A stretch of 64,000 bases of DNA from Oculina patagonica (taxonomy: Eukaryota), in assembly GCF_052425735.1 (NCBI RefSeq), contig NC_135770.1, positions 18,972,001 through 19,036,000 of the forward strand, read 5' to 3'. The first letter of the stretch is position 1. Each line of letters starts with the position of its first letter. The notes beneath the pieces are model-generated. The model saw only the letters and a program-made list of their open reading frames with translations. It ran no database searches and was not told the DNA's origin. The position numbers were made by a program, and so were the translations under genes. This document shows, one piece after another, positions 11,525 through 20,579 of this stretch.

Positions 11525-13585
11525 ATTTGGGGCCCTTGTGTTGATTCATTATTGCACCACGCAGATTAAAATATATTATTATCAATACACGCGGCCAAAT
11601 TGAAAACCGCCCTATTGAAAACACACGCTTTGCGGGCCGCAAATGACTCCTAGCGGACCGTTAATGCATTAACGGCCCTGCAGCTGATTGGTTCTCAGTT
11701 CATCATCCGATTAACTTTAACCAATCAGCGTCGCTGACGCGGGAAAAGCATTCAGGTGCGTACGTGTACAGCAAGAGTCTCGAACAGTTTTTCGACAAGC
11801 GAATATTGTGTTCGGTAGGAAAAATCAAAGTCTATTTGTTCTACGTAGGACAATTTGTGTCGCGTAGTGTCATTTGTGGCCCGAGCGCTTCGCGCTCGGG
11901 CCACAAATGACACTACGCGGGCGCAAATAAACAATATTCCCTCAAAAAGTCATTTTATTCCCTTATTATCACTCCATGCCAGTTTCAGTAAAACCGGCCG
12001 TTTTGAGACTTGAAATGCACAGTTTGGGACTTTTTGAATTATTCGCCAATACGTGGATTCATCCTTATGTTCACTCCAGGTCCAAAAGAATCTAAAAAGG
12101 AACGTGCTACATGAGCCACTGCAAATAACGATTTTGGACCTTGGGGTTAAAATAGCACCACGTAGACTAAATTATTTTTTACTACAGATCCAGCAAACCC
12201 GGTCATCACGTGGATTAATCCTTATTTTCACTTCAGGTTCAAAAGAATCGAATTAGAATTAGAGCCACTGAAAATGACGATTCGGGTCCTTGTGTTGAAA
12301 TGCCACCAAATAGATCAAAGCTTATTATCACTCCAGATCCAGCAAAACCGATCAGATTGAGATTTGAAATGTACTATTTGAGTCTTTTTGCAAATCCACC
12401 ATCACGCGGATTTATCCTAATTTTCACTCCAGGTCCACAAAAATCGACTAAAGAAATTGCTACATGGGCCACTGAAAATGTCAATTTTTGGCCCTTGTGT
12501 TGAAATACCGTAACGTTGATTTAAGCTTATTATCATCCCAGATCTAGCAAAACCGGCCACTTTGAGATTGAAATGTACAGTTTGGTTCTCTTTGCAAATC
12601 CGCCATCACGTGAAATTATAATAATTTTCACTCCAGGTCCAAAAAGAATCGACTAAAGAAATTGCAACATAAGCCCCTGAAAAGGTGGATTTTTGGCCCT
12701 TGTGTTGAAATACCATAACGTTGATTAAAGCTTATTATCACCCCAGATCTAACAAAAGCGACCACTTTGAGACCTGAAATGTACAGTTTGGGTCTTTTTG
12801 CAAATCCGCCATCACGTGGATTTATCCTAATTTTAATTTCAATCCAAGTTCAAAAGAATCGAGTAAAGAAAGTGCTACATGAACCCTGAAAATGTCGACT
12901 TTTGGCCCCTGTGTTGAAATACAATAACGGTGATTAAAGCTTATTATCACCGCAGATCTAGCAAAACCGGCCACTTTGAGACTTGAAATTTACCGTTTGG
13001 GTCTTTTTGCAAATCCGCCATCACGTGCATTTATCCTAATTTTCACTCCAGGTCCAAAAAGAATCGACTAAAGAAATTGCTGCAGGAGCCACTGAAAATG
13101 TCGATTTTGGGCCCTTGTGTTGAAATACCTTAACGTTGATTAAAGCTTATTATCAGCCCAGATCTAGCAAAAGTTGCCACTTTGTGACCTGAAATGTACA
13201 GTTTGGGTCTTTTTACAAATCCGCCATCACGTTGATTCATCCTTATTTTCACTCCAGGTCCAAAAAGAATCGACTAAAGAAATTGCTGCATGAGCCACTG
13301 AAAATGTCGATTTTTTGGCCCTTGGGTTGAAATACCATAACGTTGATTAATGCTCATTATCATCCCAGATCTAGCAAAACCGGCCACTTTGAGACTTGAA
13401 ATGCACAGTTTGGGTCTTTTTGCAAATCGGCCATCACGTGGAGTCATCCTTATTTTCATTCCAGGTCCAAAAGAATCGACTAAAGAAATTGCTACTGACA
13501 TGAGCCACTAATAATGTCGATTTTGGGCCCTTGTGTTGAAATAGCACAGCGTGGATTAAAGCTTAATTTCACCCCAGATCTAGAA
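11525..13585. repeat. ~206-bp satellite array, left part
   Basis: Unit aaagcttattatcaccccagatctagcaaaaccggcc... recurs at about 12320, 12525, 12730, 12939, 13145, 13352 and 13561; degenerate units extend left to ~11525. Confidence 0.92.
11585..11971. mobile_element. Non-autonomous palindromic element, Crypton-like, inserted in the satellite
   Basis: Bounded by the direct repeat ttattatca (11576-11584, 11963-11971). Perfect 28-bp hairpin 11861-11888/11892-11919 with a ttc loop. Family assignment is inference. Confidence 0.55.
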
Positions 13586-14956
13586 TAACCGGTATGCAAT
13601 GCATACTAAGGCGGTGACGCTCCAGTATAGCGAGTCAGTATGTTTGAAGCCCAGACAGAGGACTGAGAATAGACATTTTGGGCTTCGTTTGTTTGTTGTT
13701 CAATTTCAGACTATGTGATGTTACCCTTGAGAATTACTTCTTTCAAAATTAATAAAAAAAAATTCACAATAATTATTCAGATAGATAAAAGGAAACTCTC
13801 TAGGGAGCATCATGTGATTTGTAATAAAGCTAGTAAGGTCTACTGTTGTGAGTGAAAATGTGATTAAAGTTGATAGTTTAGAAACTGATTCATTTGCTGT
13901 AAAAGGGGAAAACGGGTTTGTCGAGTAAATAGAATTTTGCAATAAGTTGCTTTCGGGTGGTGTTCTTTATAAAGTTGTGCATTCCAAGGTAAGAATGTTA
14001 GTTTCTAACCAAAGTGAATAAAAAAAGGCAAATATTGAGCTGCTTTGATCACAAAATTGAAATTTTAATTTGTACAATTGTAACTGAATGTCTTTTATTA
14101 CAGTGGAATGCAACATAGTATGCAACTGTACTAGAAAGCCAGGAAGCAACCACAACTTGGCAGAAAAATACTGTCTTGAAATAATGTATCTTGATTAACT
14201 CTTGTTTAAATGCAGTTGATAGTTGTGATAAGTCCAATAAGTCCAAAATCTTGTTATTTAATTTTAGAGGTAATACACACAATACAAGTGAAGTCGGTCC
14301 AGGAAGTAAGGTTGATACAGTATCTTGATTTACCCTTGTTTAAATGCGGCTGATAGTTGTCTACAGTGACTGTACAATCAGTGGTGCAAGATACAAATGT
14401 ATGTCCAATAAGTCCAAAGTATTGTTATCACTGCAACATTTGGAGGTAATACACACATACAGTACAAGTGGAGTCCAGGAAGTAAAGTTGATACACCAGT
14501 GAGCCAGTGAAGAACTCCAATTGAAGGGTCTTTTCATTGGTTAATCTGAAGATGTTTAACACAGTTTCTTTTTAAATCCGTTGTTACTGCTACATGGTTT
14601 TAACTGTGTTGTTTGAATATAGCTGTCACTCATACTGAGGATTGGGCCTTTTATAACTGTATAAGTTCTAGCCAGTTCCAATGCAATGGGCACTTTACAT
14701 AGTGTCTCTTGACAAAATGTAGATTGAAAATGTTGGAATAATCAGCACATAACATGGCAGTCAGTGGATTCTCTGAAGACTGTATCTTGTGCATTTTCTT
14801 GTTGTTTTGCATTTTTGTTCTGTAAATATAATACAAGAAAAAAATCAATAGTTAAAAATATTAATAATTTTTTTAACAATAACTAATAGAGATGTACATG
14901 TAAATATTATGAGGTAACATATTAACATATATCACAACTACATGTACATGTTGATG

Positions 14957-15141
14957 CAGGGATGTCGCTAATGGACGGCTGCCGGCTAATTTCACCGGTT
15001 GAAAGAGGACTTACGGTAAATCCAGCTGAAATTTCACATGAAAACGAAGATTTAGATAAACTTTTAGAGCTACCAAGGCCATAAAAGCCAGCTGGGTTGT
15101 TGATAATGAGCTGGCTTAATGTTCTCTAAGCAACATCCCTG
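14957..15141. mobile_element. hAT-like MITE within the Helentron 3' region
   Basis: CAGGGATGTCGCT...AGCAACATCCCTG inverted ends; no clear TSD. Confidence 0.5.
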
Positions 15142-15465
15142 CAGATGTCAAATCAATAATTATCAACATACATGTGTAATTACATGGACCAAAACAAGAA
15201 ACAACTACATTGCGTACTGTATGTATACTTACCTTAAATGTACAGTTGCAATATGGTGGGTTTGTGACCCAAAGGGTGACAAGGATGGGTTTGTCAGTGA
15301 CCCAAAGGGTCACAAGGGACTCAAAAGAACCCCACAGATATATGTGCTAAGACACCAAGACTGATTAACTACAACACTTTTATGTAACACAAGTAGATAC
15401 TGAATTCAGTTAAATTTTCTTTCTTTCTGAAACACATACTTAACATGCAAATTATGCTTGTTTAA

Positions 15466-15641
15466 CCCTTTATTAAGACCCAAGAGTTACCACAACAAAT
15501 TTCTCCTCACAATGTCAATACTAAATCAAGAGAAGACCTGTTAGGAGAATTATCTATTAACAAATTCTCCAAACAATGCTATAAGAAAATGTATGAAAAA
15601 CAGTCAAGAGAATTTGTATGTGAATGATAGGGCTTAAAAGG
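15466..15641. mobile_element. Short TTAA-flanked MITE within the Helentron 3' region
   Basis: TTAA|CCCTTT...AAAAGG|TTAA. Confidence 0.55.
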
Positions 15642-15686
15642 TTAATCATTTACCAGTCATTATAGCCTACAAAAATGTACATGTGT

Positions 15687-18600
15687 CTACTCTTTTTTGG
15701 TTGCTATCCACACAGCTTTATGGTCACTAAAGTATGTCTCGAGAACTCCAGTTTGGACTCTTGATTCATTTAGATTTGTATAAATGTGATCAATTGTAGT
15801 TCTGTTATCAGTGGTGAAACCTGAAATAAGTTGTTTGTATCCATATGTTTCAATCATTTGAGTGTGTATACTGCTTTTTTGTACACCATTATTAAAATCA
15901 ATGTTAAAATCACCAAGTATTATATGAAAACGTTCTGTTGACATAAAGGAATGAAGTTCTCTTAATGCTTGAAGCAAATTTCTCGTTGACACTTTTGGTG
16001 ATCTATAAATTACAGCAATAACAACATCTGGCAGACATTTAACTTTAATTATTGTTATTTCAACTCCATGCATATTTTGGCATTTGGGATATCCATCATT
16101 ACATTGAGCTCTGGTAAAAACTGCAGTTCCATATAATGGTCTTTGTGTATGCAACTGCCTATCAAAAAAGGCGTCATTTCTAAACAGAGAGAAGTCATTG
16201 ATATTATATTCATCATTTTGGTCAAACACCCACAACCTAGTTTCAACAAAGATATTTACATCTGCTACCTTTATGTTAAAATCATTTTTCACATCTGATA
16301 TATGCTTGTGTAGTGAACGTGCATTTAGAAAAACAATCTTGACAAAATCATCACCAATGTCTTGAAGAGAAAATACAGATGTCTGAAGATAAGCCACTGT
16401 TCGCAATCTCTGCATTTCATTCTTAACTTTGTTACTCACAGTTATCTTTTTTTCATTGAGATTCTTTATATGCAATCCATCAATTGTGGTAACTCTACTT
16501 AATGCAACATAATGAATGTGGGGAATAGCTCGTCTTGAAGTAAGATCAACTACAACCTCAGTTTCAGTGTCACCCTGAGAACGGTGAATAGTTTTCCCTG
16601 CAGATGGCCGTAAAGGAAATTGTTTTCGAACGATTTGAGCAGCTTTACTTCTCCCTACAAAAAATGTCACACAAACAGGTTTTATTGGTGTCCATCCCTG
16701 CTGGATATTGTCACTGAAAAGGTGTCTATTTTCATTTCGAGTTTTCTCTCCGACTTTAGCATGATCAAATTCAACCCAAACAATTCCATCAGGACATTCA
16801 GAACTTAGGAGACTGATAAATCTCACTAAACCTGCACTACCATTTGTAAGCCCATCATCTAATCTGATGTTTTGACAGACTTCAATCCTTTCATTTTCTG
16901 CAATTGCAAGATGAGTTGCTAATTGCATAGTTTTTCGTGGATTATCTGGAACCTGTCTTAATAACCGTGCCTTTAACTCCTCAGACTGAGCACCAATGAC
17001 ACTGTCAACTGCCTTGACAATATATTTTTTACCTGCTGCAGAATTATAAACTGACCTGTTAAACTCATCAACACTGTCATTTTGGATGAATAGGTGTGGA
17101 GCGTGTCTGGGATAGTTCATAGAAGGATCTTCAATAATTCTTGCTCTTAGTATATTCAAGTCATTCTCAGTGTGAATGCCTTCACGTAGCCGATTAAGAA
17201 TTTCTGCAAACTGATGGCTTTCTCTTTGACGCATAATTTCATGCAATTCAAACATCTGAAAATGTTTCTGCCATAGATTAGCTGCTAAAGGGGCATAATC
17301 ACTCTCCAAATCTTCAAAAACATACCCGTCAAATACTGGCTGAAGTTGAAACAAATCTCCAATTGCTATAATACTCACTCCCCCAAAATCATTAGCTGTA
17401 CCTATGATATCTTGAAGTCTTTTGTTAATCTGAATATTGAACATAGAATTTCCTACCATTGATACCTCATCAATGAAAATTATCTTCAAACCAGCAAATT
17501 TGCATCTTAAGGAGTTCAAACGACTAGCATCAAGCTTCTTATAAATTTTTAAGGACTGGTTTGCAGGCACTCTTAATGCAGTATGGATTGTATTTCCTTG
17601 AATATTGTAAGCAGCTTTACCAGTTGGAGCAACAAGGACAGCTTTAATTTGATGAAAATCATCACCGGCTCTTGTATTTAAATATTTGTAAACTGCTTGA
17701 AACATCACTTTAGTCAAGTGAGACTTTCCAACTCCAGCACCACCAGAAAGAAACAAATAGAAAGGTTCATTAGTTGTCTTTACAAGGTGTAAAACATGGT
17801 AGAAAAATTGCAATTGCTCAACATTTAGAGAACGGACAGCTTCCCTATACTCTTCATCTGGCAATTCATCAAACCAGAAATTTTGTTCACGATTCTCACT
17901 ACTGGAAGGAATCCCCAGATCTTCAGAAAGATCATAGTTCCTAACTTCTTCTGTGTTGCATAAACGTTCCCTATCAGTTTCTGCAAGGTGATGTAGTTCT
18001 ACGTGTTGAGTATTTGGAGCTATGCAATCCCACATATCATCAGTGCATTCTACAGTTTGTACATCATCTAATACCTTGTCCAGTTGCTTACTACATGGTG
18101 CATACTGAGACATCTGATCATTTATCTGTTCAGTTAATCTCTGACAACGCTCCTTGTAAGTCTCAGAGTCACCAAGCAAATCAGTGTTTTCATCTCTCCA
18201 TGCAGTAAATAACATAAGGAGCTCACGATAGTGCTTTTCAGGGTTACTTTCTTTATTAAACCAAACACTTCTAATTACCCTAGCTTTTGACCGCTTCTGG
18301 GTTTGTTTGTGGTTCACTGTTTTCAAATCACTGCTAGTATCTGTACTAACCTCATCATCTTCATTATTGTCATGATCAAATATTTCTAACGGCAATCCAT
18401 CAACATCAGTATTGTTGCAACTCTGCAAGTTTTTCAGGTTTGATTTCATATTATTGTCATACCAAGCTGCCCAGTCAGCTAATGTCACATTCTCTAGGCA
18501 AGATGGCCTTTTGGTGTACCTTTTTATTAAGCCACCTGATTCAATGTCTTCTGACTCATCTTCTAGGAGCTGAATGTCATCAATTGATTTCAGAAGATGA

Positions 18601-20579
18601 ACTCTTTCATCTGGTAAAGCTGTATTAATAAATACCACTTCACGAGAAGAACGACGCATTGGTAACTGAAGTACAATATATACTGCCTCTTGTGCGCTTA
18701 TTTCAACACTGTTCAAGAATTTGTTACCAATGTCACGCACTTGCTGTTTAATACCCAAATTTCCTTCTCGAGCTTCCTCACATGCTTTTCTTAAAAGTTC
18801 ACTCATACCTCTTTGCGCCTTTGATATGTAAGAAACAACATACATCGCACAAGAATAGATATCTAAAATGAATTGAACATCCATGTTTGCTCTCCATGCA
18901 AGCAGGCAGTGCTTGTTGTAATTATTGATTCTAAGTTCATTTGGCTTTCTTTTCAAAAATATTGTTGCCCTACTTAAGGAAGATCTAATGGCTAGAATAT
19001 AGACCTCTTCTGTGACACCAAGCTTTTTGAGAAGTTCGTCAAATGAAATATCTTCTCCTTCCCTCATTGCATTAAGTTGCTCATTGATTTCTTCCCAAGT
19101 TGCTTTGTGCTCATCCAAAAGACTAATTTGGTCACTTTCACTTAAAGGATACAATATTCGAGTGCTTTTCATTGGAGGCTGTGGAAAATGAAACCTGCAT
19201 TTTTTCTCAAACCTTTTTTTACAAGTAAATGAATGTTTATGTTCCTGACGAGAAACTAATTCATCTAACTCACAACTGTTTCCAGGTTTTGAACAAGTGA
19301 TAATTTTATCAATAAAATTGCAAATTTTTTCATCTGAATCTTCACCAAACTTTGGTGCACCTTCAATCCATAAAAGCATATGTATATGTGGTGAGCCACG
19401 CTGTTGAAATTCAACGCGATAAAACCAATCTGCTATTTTTCCGAGAGGCGCACAATCACTATGCAAAAATTTAACAATAAATTGCTGAACTTGGAAGTCA
19501 AAATGTCTTGCACATGTGATAGGATCACTTTGTATTAACCTTGACTTTTCCTCCCATGACAATGCATTTAATTCATCATCACTGTATATTTTATGATCAG
19601 TCAATTCACCTAACATCCTTAACAGATGATTCCACTTTGTTTCAGCTGCAGAAAAGCTACAGAAAAGTGTTGCAGCTCCAAGTTGCCTTATCATGGCAAA
19701 TAAATCTTTCTTAGCCTTCTCAAAGTAGGGTGGTGAACCACGAAGAGCTCTCAGAAATCGGTAGCCTTCGTCCAAATGAACTAATTTGTCTAAAGCACCT
19801 TCTTTTTTTAACTCGCCTGCTGTTAGTCTCTTTCCTTTTGTTTTATGCTTTCGTAGAGCAATCTGGCATTTGCCTAATATTATTTTCATTTGCAGCTTTT
19901 TCAGTTTAAAAAAAATATTTTCGATACACTTAGCAACCCTGCGATCAGAACGCCTTAACTCTGATTTGCAAATGTCACTATAATACACAGGCACACTTCT
20001 TTCCTTATTATCTGCTCTTACTTTGCCATAGAATATCCCAGGATATGCTAGTTCTTCGCAATATTGGTCTTTAAACACACTTATTGGATGATTGCTTTCA
20101 CCTGGTGCAAAGTTCAAAACCTTTTCACGCTCACAATCTTCTACAAAGTCTGGGGATGTTAACATTGTATCCAAAGTACCAGCACACATTTCTGATTCAT
20201 CCACCTCATTCCAAGAATCTTCTTTTTCCCCTTCAGATTGAGTAGGGCAAGAATCCTTAGAAAAATCTCTGCTAGAAAAATGCAAATCTTTTCCACTACC
20301 TGAGCATCTTGATACATCCAAAGTCACTGGTATACCAACTAATGCTTTTAGACTAATAGGGTTTGCTGATCTATACCCTTTTGAACACACTTCTACAAGA
20401 ACAACATTTTGTGGCTCAAGAATTTTATATCTGAACAGTTTGATTACAGTGGAAGTACTTACATTAACTGCTGCTTTACTGAATTCAGTAGATAAGTCAT
20501 CTTCCAGTGGCAATAGATCATGTACAATGACCATGTGCTTTCTAAAAAGTGTTTGCTCTTTTTCCCAGGCACTACACAA
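15687..20579 (-). CDS. Helentron Rep/helicase/AP-endonuclease (continuation of the upstream ORF via a -1 shift)
   Basis: Rep motifs TLFCSFSAAE, YRVEFQQRGSPHIHMLLW (HUH), YVVSYISK (Y2). PIF1 motifs GGAGVGKS, IDEVSM, GDLFQLQPV, MRQ, TIHRSQG, YVALSRV. EEP endonuclease motifs NARSL, ET, IYRSP, GDFN, IDHIY, SDH. The ORF starts on TTG within a zinc finger, so it has no independent start. Confidence 0.95.
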   Translation of the reverse strand: MCSAWEKEQTLFRKHMVIVHDLLPLEDDLSTEFSKAAVNVSTSTVIKLFRYKILEPQNVVLVEVCSKGYRSANPISLKALVGIPVTLDVSRCSGSGKDLHFSSRDFSKDSCPTQSEGEKEDSWNEVDESEMCAGTLDTMLTSPDFVEDCEREKVLNFAPGESNHPISVFKDQYCEELAYPGIFYGKVRADNKERSVPVYYSDICKSELRRSDRRVAKCIENIFFKLKKLQMKIILGKCQIALRKHKTKGKRLTAGELKKEGALDKLVHLDEGYRFLRALRGSPPYFEKAKKDLFAMIRQLGAATLFCSFSAAETKWNHLLRMLGELTDHKIYSDDELNALSWEEKSRLIQSDPITCARHFDFQVQQFIVKFLHSDCAPLGKIADWFYRVEFQQRGSPHIHMLLWIEGAPKFGEDSDEKICNFIDKIITCSKPGNSCELDELVSRQEHKHSFTCKKRFEKKCRFHFPQPPMKSTRILYPLSESDQISLLDEHKATWEEINEQLNAMREGEDISFDELLKKLGVTEEVYILAIRSSLSRATIFLKRKPNELRINNYNKHCLLAWRANMDVQFILDIYSCAMYVVSYISKAQRGMSELLRKACEEAREGNLGIKQQVRDIGNKFLNSVEISAQEAVYIVLQLPMRRSSREVVFINTALPDERVHLLKSIDDIQLLEDESEDIESGGLIKRYTKRPSCLENVTLADWAAWYDNNMKSNLKNLQSCNNTDVDGLPLEIFDHDNNEDDEVSTDTSSDLKTVNHKQTQKRSKARVIRSVWFNKESNPEKHYRELLMLFTAWRDENTDLLGDSETYKERCQRLTEQINDQMSQYAPCSKQLDKVLDDVQTVECTDDMWDCIAPNTQHVELHHLAETDRERLCNTEEVRNYDLSEDLGIPSSSENREQNFWFDELPDEEYREAVRSLNVEQLQFFYHVLHLVKTTNEPFYLFLSGGAGVGKSHLTKVMFQAVYKYLNTRAGDDFHQIKAVLVAPTGKAAYNIQGNTIHTALRVPANQSLKIYKKLDASRLNSLRCKFAGLKIIFIDEVSMVGNSMFNIQINKRLQDIIGTANDFGGVSIIAIGDLFQLQPVFDGYVFEDLESDYAPLAANLWQKHFQMFELHEIMRQRESHQFAEILNRLREGIHTENDLNILRARIIEDPSMNYPRHAPHLFIQNDSVDEFNRSVYNSAAGKKYIVKAVDSVIGAQSEELKARLLRQVPDNPRKTMQLATHLAIAENERIEVCQNIRLDDGLTNGSAGLVRFISLLSSECPDGIVWVEFDHAKVGEKTRNENRHLFSDNIQQGWTPIKPVCVTFFVGRSKAAQIVRKQFPLRPSAGKTIHRSQGDTETEVVVDLTSRRAIPHIHYVALSRVTTIDGLHIKNLNEKKITVSNKVKNEMQRLRTVAYLQTSVFSLQDIGDDFVKIVFLNARSLHKHISDVKNDFNIKVADVNIFVETRLWVFDQNDEYNINDFSLFRNDAFFDRQLHTQRPLYGTAVFTRAQCNDGYPKCQNMHGVEITIIKVKCLPDVVIAVIYRSPKVSTRNLLQALRELHSFMSTERFHIILGDFNIDFNNGVQKSSIHTQMIETYGYKQLISGFTTDNRTTIDHIYTNLNESRVQTGVLETYFSDHKAVWIATKKE

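Noticed and set aside
15687-16400. Separate LINE suggested by the AP endonuclease
   Set aside because: It is fused in frame to the helicase with no RT following, as expected for Helentrons.
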